Assembly: GCA_964252035.1 (NCBI GenBank)
Contig: OZ176204.1
Strand: one strand, 5' to 3'
Length of the DNA: 64,000 bases
Origin: Podarcis erhardii
Lineage: Eukaryota
The notes beneath the pieces were generated by a model. It was not told where the DNA came from. It searched no databases and saw only the letters and a list, made by a program, of their open reading frames with translations. Below are positions 11,059 through 22,700 of this stretch, one piece after another (the first letter of the stretch is position 1; each line of letters begins with the position of its first letter). A program made the translations under genes and the position numbers.

Positions 11059-14000
11059 AGCTGTTTTACAGTAACTGAACCAAACACAAAAATTGTTTAA
11101 TATTGTTGTTTCAGACCTAAACACAAAAACAGAACCTTTTAGTGCAATTAGAACTATAGAAACTGTTGCTGTACAGTGTACTTTCTTTGATAAAATTGTA
11201 ACACACAATATTTTGTAAACATTAAACATTATGCAAAATTTTCTATTATTTTTATTATTGGAACTGAATCAGCCAAGTTATTCTCTTGTTCCAAAGACTT
11301 CTCTTAAGCTTAGGATTTGTAAATTCCTACAAGCAGAAGTTTGGCAGGAATCATCCCTCCCTTCTATCAGACATTTTTTGGAAAACTGTACTATTTAGAT
11401 GGGCCTTTGTAATATGAATTTTCTTTTTTAACCCACTCAGTATTTGTTTTTATGCATATTTTTGTTGATTTTATTCTCATACCTATACTGCCTTGCAATG
11501 CTTTTATAGACTATAAATACATAATAAAAAAATTTGTTTACTTCATTTATCCGAACAACCCATAATCATTATTTCCACTTTGCAGTGGAACAACAGAAAG
11601 TTGCTTGTTTGCCATCCAAGTTCAGGACTGAGGTATAAATTTAATTAAGACTAGCGTTTTTATTTATTTATCTAGTGAGTGTATGAGTGTTTGCATCTAT
11701 GTATCTATGTACATCAACAAAATAGAAATTATTTAGGCTGCAAGTCTTACTACCATGTTTTAATATTTATATAGCACCAGTTCTGCTTAGGTATTTTGTA
11801 GGGATAGCACCTGTTTTTTGGTAATTGTTCCATTGTTTTATCAGTCCTGTCAAAATACCATGCAGATCAAACAACGAAAAAGATACTTTATTTGTATTTA
11901 TTCTTTCACTCTAAGAACAGATCACCACCTTCTGGGAATTCCTGTTGCTCTCTGTTCACCTCCAACCTGCAGCTCATCCAGTGTTTTACCCCATGGTAGT
12001 ACTCTCAAATAAATTGGCATCATCCAAATCTAATCACATTTGTTTTAGATAGCATAGCTACAACACTTCCACTAGAGGGAAAGCATGCAGATAATCCTAA
12101 CAGATCTTATATCTTGCATCACAATTTTTACCTGTGTAGCTTTCATTAAACATTCAGCAGTCTCATTTGTGTTCCCAGGCAGTATCTGCCCCAAGTTTTT
12201 TTTCCTCCTTCCCCCACCTTTTATCTAGCAAACACTATGCATTGTTGAGTGGTGAGATTATGACATCAGGTCTTTCACATCATACCTCATAGCAAAGAGT
12301 TTTTCAACATTACCTTAGCCAATCATTCAGAAGTTTGCAACGTTCTGAAGCACTTTCCTTTCGATAGAAGAGTGTCCTCAGATCTCTCAAAAGGCAGAAG
12401 ATTGGAGAGTTGATTTATTAGCTTGTAAGGTTAATTTTTGTCCTCTTGGTATTCCATTACATGCATCAACTCTCCTTCAAATCCAAAGGAAAAGCACAAT
12501 GTTTATATAGAAAAAATGTATGATAATTTAACACTGGAATTATGTATCTTCAGTATCTTGCAGATATGCAAATGTACAAGCCTTCATGAAATTAAAATAA
12601 TTTCTAAGTGACAGCATGGGCAGGGAGTGGCAAGCAAACCAAAACCCTCCCCACACATCTCTTAGGACAGCAGAGGGAGGCAATGCTGAATCCTTGGGGG
12701 GCATCCTTGTTCTAGATAGTAACCCACTAGTTCAAAACCACAGAATTAACTTCTAGTTTAACAGCATAACCACACACAAATGTTGTAAAAGTACTACATA
12801 CCAACGCCATGAGATGTGGTGCTGCAGCATAAACAAATTAACTCTAACACAAGGGTAAATAGGATGTGTAGGACAGGAACAAAACAAAATTCATTAAGAA
12901 GAAAACTCTTCTCACTTCTGTTACATGCCTGGAAATCCACAAGTCGTCAGACTGCACAAATACAGGTCTGCCACATACTGCAAGCCATGCTTGCTAAACC
13001 ATCCTGGTTTTGTGGCAACTGTGAGCCTGAGGCTACAAGAATAGCAAAATTAATGAAGCATCTGATGAGACATAGTTCACGATTGCTATTACACATACAC
13101 TCCAGCTGGCAGTGAACCGTCTCTAAAAGTACAGAATTTTTTGAAGGCCTGAAGTCTATAATATGGAAAACCTGCCTCCTGCAGATGACTGCCTGTGTTC
13201 AACTTGTTTGACACACACTTTAAAAATAAGAAAGGGAAGTGGTTGTATAGTTAGTTGATCTTTTTAAAGTTTTCAAGTAACATCTGTTGCTAGACCTTTA
13301 AATGGTAAAGGAAACTGTGGTTTAGGAGGCATTTCATTTTTGATCTTACAGCACTTAGAATGTTGTAGTTTCTCTATGGTGTTTCTGAACAGCAGGCAAC
13401 ACACATGAAATCATTATTCTCAACAACAAAAACAGTCCTGTAGCTCTAGAGTACTGAAAGGGTATGTGGTAGCAGACTCCTCACCCAATCAGTTTGTTTA
13501 TCCTGAATGCCAAATTAAATTAATCCAGATTACCAAATAATATAAACATAATCCAAATTAAGTAAAGAGGGTCAATATGGTCGTGAAAACTATTTTGTTA
13601 ATCATTAAATGCTTTATTGGGGATGTTTCCATGTGAAGAAACTGGCCTGGTTCAGATGTAATGGGGAAATGGTTTTCCACTACAATATTAAATTGCATCA
13701 TACATCAGGTTTATGTACTTTCTCCTCTCTGAAGGAACTTCAGTGTAAAACTAGTCACAGTTCCCTGATATCCAAATTTAAGGAGCTATGGTTTCTTTAC
13801 CCTATAGTTAGTAACAACAAACCAGAAAAACATGGTTTCAAATCATAGCTTGTTCTCTCACTTTAACTTTAAACAGACCACAGACAGGGAATAGTGGTAA
13901 GTTTAAATTCAAAGGCAAAATCTTTCTGTCTCCTTTTCTGGATGGGAGAATGAAGTGTGGTGGGCCTCAAGCTTGCTATAATTCATTTTCAAAACAGGAA

Positions 14001-15199
14001 GCTATGGTTTGCTGTTATGTCTGAATCACACCATTGTATCCTGAAAAGCAACTTTAAGTTGTTTACAGGGGCTTCATTTATTTGAACTTCATTAAACTTG
14101 TACACTTCAAGGACTAATCATTCCAATAAAATATAATAGACATTCATAACATTGTTATACTTTTTGTGGTTACATAAATTGTAAGTAGACTAAGGTATGC
14201 TGAAGCCTTAAATTCAAATGCCAAAGCTTGACTAATGAACCCTAATAAAAGTGTCTTTAGATAATGCTGACAAAGTGGCATAGTAAACAACTACAAAGTG
14301 AGGTAATGCTCTCATTCTTCAGAAGACGATTTTGGCAATGAAATCTTATGGATTCTGTAATATTAAACTTCCAAGTCCAGTGAGTCCCTTATTACTGCAT
14401 TTCACAGAAGGGGATATTCCGATGCTTAACCAGATTCAGAAGGATAAGCATTTAGCAGCAAAAGTAAACGTAACGGGGTATCTTTTTGAGAAATACAGAG
14501 AACTATAACAATATCTATACTGATATCCAGTTGTCCCAAGAACAAGTTGGGGAAAATCAGTGCACATAAACTGATATAATCCAGTGGAGGGAGTGTTGTA
14601 CAAAAATTAGTGCAACTTCATTCTGACCCCAAAAGCATTAAAATGCAGGATCAACCATCTAGCCTGCTGAGATGCAAGCTGGCAGGTAAGTGAATCGGCA
14701 TTTGATGCATAAGGCAGGACAATGGTGGTTTTCAAACATCAATTAACCATTTCGACATTGATTTGCCTGCCACAAACCCCTTGTGTGCAGCAGAGAGTTC
14801 TGGGGCATGTTACAAGGTGCACATTCAATGACTTAGGTGTGGAGCATAGCCGCTAGCCCCCCCCCCCCCCCAGTGCTCCCCAGCAGTTACACATTAGGAG
14901 GTGAGGCCAGCAGTGGAAGGCAAACTGCCTTTTGCGTGGAAACCCAACTGCCACCCTTGAAATCAACACCCGGCCTCAAAATAAAAATGCTTTCAAAGAG
15001 CAGCAGGATTTTCCTGAGCACGGTCTTCACATCACGGAGAAAGCCGATTTCCCCGTGGGAAAGAATATACTCCTGAGGTAAAACGATGGGAAGCCCCAAT
15101 AAATGATACGGCCTGTACTCAGCATAACAGCAGCTCTCCCCTCCCTTTTAATACACGGGAAGCGGCACTAGGCCAAGGCAGGCTGTTCGTCCATCTAGC

Positions 15200-15720
15200 C
15201 CAGCGCTGTCTACGGAGAGCGTTATCGGTCGTGTGAGGCCAGTTCATGAGCTAAGGTGGGGCAGGGCGGCCAATACACCGGCCAAACGACGGGCGGAAGG
15301 GCGAGGAAATGGGCCCCCTTCCTCCTCCTCCTGAGGAGTCGGCAGACACGTACGTCCCTCTCCGCTCGGCGTCGCGAAAGGCGGGAGGGCACAGCCCTAA
15401 CGGGAGACCCCCCCCGTTCCCGTGCTCACGTTTCTGGGGCCGTGGTGGGGGTGGGGACATTACCGTAGGCGGCGGCCCCGGAGCTGCGCCACACGGTGTT
15501 TGTTTTTGTTCTGCCCAGCAACACGGCCACGAGCGGCCGATCCTGATTGGCTCAGCCTCGCCCTGGGGCCCGCAACAGCCAATGGAAAAAGGGACTCCGA
15601 AACGGCGTTCAAAACAAAAAACCAGTTGGAAAACAAATGAGTGTCAAAATGGAGGCGACGGGAAAGGGCGTGTGACATGACGCGACGGGTGGGTGAGACC
15701 ATCGAAAATCCAGGTGGGGG
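15200..15720. promoter_or_regulatory. CpG island / PDCD4 promoter
   Basis: Very GC- and CpG-rich; CCAAT boxes at 15546-15550 and 15579-15583; GGGCGTG at 15666; TGACG half-CRE near 15678; YY1-like AAAATGG at 15646. Confidence 0.88.
15464..15593 (-). other. PDCD4: PDCD4 non-coding exon 1 (5' end approximate)
   Basis: Donor TACG|gtaatg at 15463; contains CCGTGTTGCTGGGCAGAACAAAAACAAAC, similar to my recollection of the human 5'UTR; TSS not determinable from sequence. Confidence 0.7.
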
Positions 15721-16249
15721 AAGTATCTTTAGCCAAGGGGCGACAGAGGAAGCCTCACTGTAGCCTGGAGATTTGCCCACTCAACATTTTCTGCTTGGGG
15801 CTGATAAAAAGGTGTGGTGGAGGGCTCTCCCTTCTTTGGCTCCCAGTCATGTATCAAATAAAACTCCAGTTCTTCCCAGAGGCTATCACGTTATAGAGAA
15901 GCGCATGGCCTAGAGATCTGTTTATTAAATTTTATCCTTGAGCTTCCATATGTTTAGTTTCAAGGAAGTCCCATTATTGGGGCTTACAGGTAAAGGTGCA
16001 AATGGTTATGCTTGAAGTTGGAGGAGCTCAGCCTTTCACACCTACCACATGAGAAGAAATTAAGGAGGTGGCACTTACCGGTACCCAGTAAAGAGCTGCT
16101 ATGATGAGAAAGAATGCAATTGCTGCATTTTTTTAAAAAAGCATTTGTGTCAGCTCCATGACAGCCTGAAAAAGGTTGTCAACCCTATACCACACATTAC
16201 ATGACAAAGCCATTTTTCACCTTCTCACCCCTTGCTTTTTCCTGTTAGA

Positions 16250-16482
16250 CCTATTGCAGTCGTTAAGAGTCGTCAACAGGCTCATCGCAGCTATCTGCCA
16301 ATCACCCATTCCCACCACCCTTCTGAGTAATACCCCTCCCCACCTTCTCACTATATAGAAAGGTCCGGTGACTTCTGTTTCAGTGTATCTGAAGAAGTGT
16401 GCATGCACACGAAAGCTCATACCTAGAACTAACTCAGTTGGTCTTTAAGGTGCTACTGGAAGGAATTTTTTTATTTTGTTTT
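16250..16482 (+). mobile_element. Probable Penelope-like element terminal-repeat fragment
   Basis: CTGAAGAAGTGTGCATGCACACGAAAGCTCATACC...GTTGGTCTTTAAGGTGCTACTGGA resembles reptile Penelope 3' ends as I recall them; no ORF. Confidence 0.45.
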
Positions 16483-16575
16483 CACACATTTCAAAACACT
16501 TTTAGGCTGCACTGCTCACTAACTAGGAAGTAATTTTCATTGCGCTTAATGAGAGATAATTGACTCCTGAGTGAG

Positions 16576-16705
16576 GGTGGTGTAATGGTTAGAGTGTTAA
16601 ACTAGGTGCTGGGAGCCCAGGGTTCAAATCCTCACTCAGCTGGGTGACGCTGGATCAGTCACTGTTTTTCATTCTAACCTACCTCACAGGTTTGCTGTGT
16701 GAGAA
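16576..16705 (+). mobile_element. Degraded tRNA-derived core SINE (MIR-like)
   Basis: A-box-like GGTGTAATGGTTAGAG, B-box GGTTCAAATCC, then core-like CTGGGTGAC...CTACCTCACAGG. Confidence 0.65.
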
Positions 16706-18281
16706 ACTTAGAGAAAAAATGGGATACAAATGTAATAATAAATACCATTAAAAATGCACAGGATTGTGCAGTTAGTAAAATCAAGTGAACTTGTTCTATC
16801 AAGGAACACAGGGCATTGCCTTAGATAATGTGTCTCAAGCTGTCAAGGTCATTCTGTATTTGGCCCTTTGTTATCTTCATGCTATTGTCTGATGTCTGAA
16901 ACAAGAACCTTTTGCCTCTTTTTCCTCTCCTTGCTGTTCCTGCCCCAAGCAAATCATGAAGGCCCTTTGATGTTTGAAGTTTACTAAGCCAGCACAAGGC
17001 TGTGGTTGGGAAGATGCCTGTTCCTGAAGTTTCGAACAACTGATTCACAACTGCAGTCTTCAGAGTCAGTACTAAGAAATGAAAGTGAGCCTACAAAATC
17101 CTATTTATGTTAAGCTCGCATAAAAAATGCAAAGGTCACAAAATTGTGGTAAACGAGTTAAATCCTATGTAGTCAGAGTCTCTGAAATGGCTGGCTTAAG
17201 CGGTTTGAAGATTGATATGTGCACACAGCTTATGATTAACCAACCTCCACCCTCTCAAAAAGACCTTTTCTTGACCTTGCAGACAGTTTAATTTATTTTC
17301 TTAAAATATACTCAGAGCCTCCCTATTAATTACATACTGTGCATAACACTGAATGCTGTACAGCCGTACTTAATTAGAAGGCTTAATGCTAATGTTGTTA
17401 TGAAATATTATTACTCTTAGATATTCATTGCCAAGACAAGCTGATATACATCACTGATTCTCCCAGGATGCCACATCCCAGAGCTCTTTTAGGGATAAGA
17501 TTATATATGGTGTAGTCCCATTCTGTGACTGTATTTCTCCTCTGTAAGCAAATGTATTGATCTGTCTATAGATGCACCCCCTTGAGTACAGGGCAGTTTA
17601 AATGTAAGGTTCTGAACTGTAATAGCACAGGCTTCAACATAAACATAAGTAGTTAAGAGCTATACAAGAATTAAAAGGCTAGTCTTGTTACTACAGGTTC
17701 TTAACGCAAGTCAGTAATTGTTTGTATGTCAACATGCAACGCATACCTAACCTGTAATGTAAACATCAGGGAATCTGCATAAGTACATGAGTAACATATT
17801 TACTGTGTTTATGCAGATTCCCAGATGTAGTTTGGAAAGAGGTAATGACGCCACTCTAATGGCTTAATTATAAATGCACACCGACAACAGTTTGAGATCC
17901 ACAAGTCTGATTTGTCTTTGAAATGTTTTGAAGCACAAGCACCCAAGTTGTAACCTATAAACATTCAAGAACTAAGCACTGCTAGGTTTTACCTCACAGG
18001 CCTCTTTTGCCTTGAGAGCTATATGACAGGCAGAAATTTACCATGTGAACATTTACCTAGCAAGCAGATTCACCGATGCCAGAATTTGCTTCCACCAGGC
18101 AGAATCTCCACAAATCAAAAGTTGGTATCCTTTCTAACAACAAACAGAATATCATCCCACCGCCTCTTCACATCCAGCCATTCCCTGGAATCATTTAAGC
18201 ACACAAATCCTCTAGCTATAGAAAATAATTGCTACATGGGATATGTTAAACCACTGGTGCTGAGCTTTTTAAACACTGCTA

Positions 18282-18291
<10 letters not shown>

Positions 18292-18324
<33 letters not shown>
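18292..18324. repeat. (AC)n microsatellite
   Basis: Directly visible. Confidence 0.95.
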
Positions 18325-18326
<2 letters not shown>

Positions 18327-18989
18327 ATAATATATGCAGCCTCTGCTGCACCCTCCTGTTTTTATCCAGGGGTACTGCAGAATCCATTACCCATACCACA
18401 GGTTGGAACTATATCCTAAAAGCAGAAGAGGAGCCTTTCTGGGTCAGACTAAAGATGAGAAGTCCACAAGTAGGACACGAACACGGTTTCAGGTGATTCA
18501 CTAAAACTGGTATTCACTGGCCTACCACCTACAATAATAGCCACTGCTAGCCTTATCCTTCAAGTCTGCGGCCATCACTAGATTCTGTGGCAGTGAGCAA
18601 TCAAAGGGGGAAAATGCTGCAAAATGAGTTTCTATTGATGCACAAATTTGTATCACTCATTAAAGTCTCACCATTAAGAAAACTTAGGAGGTAAGAATAT
18701 TGCTGTCGTGATCCAAGAGAAGCATATTTTCAAACTGCTCTCTCCACATTGCCCTAAACACTCCACTACCCTAGTTCCCACAAGGTGTCCTTTGAAGCGT
18801 TCCATAAAACTCTGTAAAGAGTCTAAATTGCAATTTAGTAGCTGAGCAATTATGAGAGGCTGAAACCTGGCTTATTGTTTCTCAAAGAGTCACAAAACCA
18901 TGCTGTCTGAAAGAACCAAAGCTACTCTCTAGTCAGTTTCCTTGTTCAAATCCAAAGCCATCTAGCCACAAAGTGACCCAAGCATAAAG

Positions 18990-21330
18990 AAAGGATATCT
19001 TAGAAATATCGCACTCCAACTAGGCAAATAGCACTGCACCGCAAGACTCCAGCAAACCAAATGCCAAGCCACGTGTTGCAGGAAAAGCAAAACACCATCA
19101 AAGTCGCTAGCCAATCAGACATGGGGAAAACATTCCTTCCCAATCAGGCAATGAAGATAAGCGAAACCTATTGGCAAGTCTCTGGAAGAGAGGTTGCGCT
19201 GGCCAATTGCAACTGTGCTACGCAGCGTCCTACCTCCAGTTAGGGAGTTTACTGGTTCTCTCGACTTACCTGCAAATTATGCCATCTAAACCCCAATGTC
19301 GTCGCCTCGCACTTCACAATACCACTAGCCCCTAACTGAAGCACTGAAAATGAATCCGAATGCACCCTGCATAAGCTTATCGAAGCCTCCATTAAACTAG
19401 GTGGGAAGTCTAGATGCATCTAAACAAGCCCAAGTAGTAGCCAGAACAGATCACAAAAGCAGCAACCTTCAAAAAACTGAATAAAAGACCACTGACATGC
19501 AATAGCAGCACTTCTTTTCCCCCACCACAATCCTACTTAAAGCAGCTGGGTGCATCTGCAGCAAGGCGCACACCATTCCACTGCCGCTTACCTAGGAGCA
19601 TGCCCCATTGGACGCCATTGGGCTCATTTCCGAAATGACTTGCTACAGGACCCAGGTAAAAAGTCCCGCTGACAACACCTTCGATTCTATGCACTTAGCA
19701 CGAAAGGGGCTTCCTTCCGAGGAAAGATGCAGAGGTTCGGGTTACATGCCGCCCACAGATTACAGTCTTATGCCTATTTTCTCGCTTGCAAAATCTATGA
19801 ACACAATGGAATTTATGTCCCAGAACTGCACAGGATCTCTCAAAAAGCTCAGTCTAAGGAAACACACCCTTGCCTGGAGCAAAAGTTCATTGCATACACT
19901 GGAACTTAATTTCGAAAAAGCATGCATAAAATCGGGGTGCAGTATGACGAAAGCCAGCAATCATAAAATTGTTATCTCCCTTTCCCAACCGTTATAGCCA
20001 AAATGCATTATCAATTGGCTTTTTTAAAAAATGGAGCCGAACTCGATTGCCGAGAAGCCGTTTAGGAACAGCTCCTTTTGCTCAGATACAGGGATTTCCG
20101 CTCACATTTTTGCACCGAGCTCGCACGCCGCTTGCTTTGCATGTCTGGGTTTCTTTTCAGCAGCAAATGACAACGAGAGGCAAAGACCTAGCAGCCTAAA
20201 CCAACAGCTACTTAAAGAATGAATATGTGAGAAAGTCACCCTTTTCCTCCTCTTGCTTTTACCCAGAAGCTGTTGATCATAAAACTCTTGCCCACAAACT
20301 CTCTCTCTCTCGCCTAGTTTTCTCCTCGGCAGATCAGCACCAGATCAGCACCAGATTTCTCCACTTGTGACTGTTTTCAAACAACCCTGTACTTCCCCCC
20401 ACGTTTAAGGTGGCGGGGTAGTCCCGCCTACGGAGCGGAAGGAGGAAAGCTATTGGACGAGGTTGCCCGCACAACTAGAATAGTGGGCCTTCCCACCCGA
20501 GAAGGGCGGGTGTTTGTGAGACTTTTTTTCCAAGGTTCTCCGAAGCTCCTTTAACAGCCATTTTTTACTGGCGCAGATGATTTTACTTAGAGGCGTTCCG
20601 TCGATTTCCGGCCTGTTGGCAAGGCTAGTTTGCTTTTGAGATTCCTTTAACGCTGCAGTATTTTACATGCCGATTCACTCCAACGTCAGAATTTATCAGT
20701 TGCAAACCTTCCAAAGAGAGTTAACATGCCAATGGATCAGCTTCGTTCCTTTTTTTAATTTTTTGATTGCATTGCAGTTATAATCTCACAAAACATTTTT
20801 ACAGCGGTGGGGGGGCATACCCTAATATTTGAATATTCCCCATATATTCTGCTGCGTGCAAAAGTAATGGCTTCAACAGAACATTTATTGGGAAGGAAAT
20901 CTCCCGCGAGCCCTGCTGGGTAGAGATTAGAGAGCCACGATTGCCTTACAAACCTTGGTCTTGAACCTACTTGCAGATCGATCGTGATCATATTTGCACA
21001 TAAGCAAGTGCCGCTGATTTCAATGAAAAGCTTCCCTGAATGCTAAGAAGTGCAACAAATTAAACTGAAAAATGGAGGAACTGCACGCATACCCGAAAGC
21101 GACGGGTGGGCGTGCCTGGGTGGTTACGGAAGAAACAGGAACACGCTGGCTTCTCAGAAGTATGGAAATTTGACTTACTAAGGCTTTCTGCGTGTAGATG
21201 CTGCAGGAAAACGTTCCTGCTGAGGACCACGCCTCCTACTGGAAGGTTTTTGCCTTCTTTCCAGTAGCAGTCACTGCTCTATATAAACTAAGAATGAATC
21301 CACCGTCACTTGAAAATCGCTAAGGTTCGT
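18990..21330. promoter_or_regulatory. CpG-rich island with promoter motifs and no identified gene
   Basis: About 24 CpG in 19561-20160 by hand count versus about 4-5 per 600 nt at 17.0-17.6 kb; CCAAT array, CACGTG, GC boxes, ETS- and YY1-like motifs. Confidence 0.65.
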
Positions 21331-22148
21331 GGCAGACAATTAAAGGATGTTTCTGCCTCTTGTATAGCAAATGTAATGCACTGCGCTAGATGCTACATGT
21401 GAAATTTCAATACATTTAAAAATCAATAGGAATATCTATGTGAAAAATGCAACTAATGGATTTTTAGCTCAATGGATGTTCTTTGCACACATGCCAGAGA
21501 CCACTTGACTGAAGCACATGTGGACCACAGTTTGCGAACTCTGCAGGGTGGCAATTCAGAAAACAGTGTCCCACCCTGTATTATGGAATAGTATCTGATT
21601 ATGGGCATTATGGGCCATGTGGGGTGGGAGTGGGGGCACAGTAGCTGGTGAGCTGCCTGTAATGACATTTACACTAAAAAGTAGAATTTGTGAATGGTGC
21701 TCATGTACGCTAACCCAAGAAGATTCCCACATTATTATTAAAAGGCAGATGTGATATCACGGTGTGTAAATCAACACAGCTGAATAGTATATCCCAAGTT
21801 TTCAGCCAGGTGATACTCTTTAAAATATATGCTGAATATAAGAAAAGGAAGAGGGGCCCAGGGTGTTTTGCAATATGTTGATAACAGAGCCAGACATGTC
21901 TTTTGGGATCACAAGTCATTTGTTTTTCTGTCCATTCTTGCCGCAACAAGACATGCACTTTGGAAGCACTCCACCTACCAAGAGCAGCGCAAGAGAAAGT
22001 GCACCATGATCTGATTGAGCCAGAATGAATTCTCCACGGAGAGAAACAAACAACGCTGAACAGACTTTGCTTCAGCATGAAGGAGTCACATGCCTGGTTT
22101 CCCAGCTACACCCACAAGTTTGTACTATTGGAGGCTATTATTATTTTT

Positions 22149-22169
22149 GCTGCTGCTGCTGCTGCTGCT
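22149..22169. repeat. (GCT)7 microsatellite
   Basis: Directly visible; no surrounding coding context. Confidence 0.9.
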
Positions 22170-22519
22170 ATTACTACATGCTAACAGAAATCTCAGTTAC
22201 CAGTGTGTGGTTGCATAAGTAACCAAGACATCAGCACCCAGATACAAGGAGGCAGCACTGGTATGTGCAGGATAACCCAGTGGTTCACAGAAGTTACTCC
22301 CCTCCCCCCCCAAAAAAAAACCCTCTAGGGGAGGGAAAAACCTAAAAGTGGAGAGACCAAAAACTGAGTATATTTAGAAGGCATGGAATGCTGACTGGCT
22401 GCAGAGAGGGGATGAGAAACCAGGAATGGGGCAAGAGAATAGCTTCAACACTTAACAGTGAGTGCGCACGCTGCACCATTTTGTTGTAGGTCCCACTTGT
22501 TATCATAATATTTAACATT

Positions 22520-22700
22520 TGCATAGTGCTTTCAAATATTCAGAGTGCTCCTCATGCATTATCTAGTTATAATCCTTGCAACAACCCTGCAAAGTGAAGT
22601 GAGGATTATTCCCCCCCCCCACAGAGCAGATGGGGGACAGTGGCTGAGAGAAAACAGCTTGCCTAAGGCTACGTGGCCAACTAATGGCAAAGCTGTGGCC
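22520..22700 (-). mobile_element. Degraded MIR-like SINE
   Basis: AATCCTTGCAACAACCCTG...ATTATTCCCC...ACAGA...GGCTGAGAGA...CTTGCCTAAGGCTAC is the reverse orientation of the MIR/core-SINE pattern. Confidence 0.55.

Noticed and set aside
15251-15896. Overlapping ORFs of 67-123 aa in the PDCD4 CpG island
   Set aside because: Expected in GC-rich, stop-poor DNA; low-complexity Pro/Gly/Arg translations with no recognisable domain.
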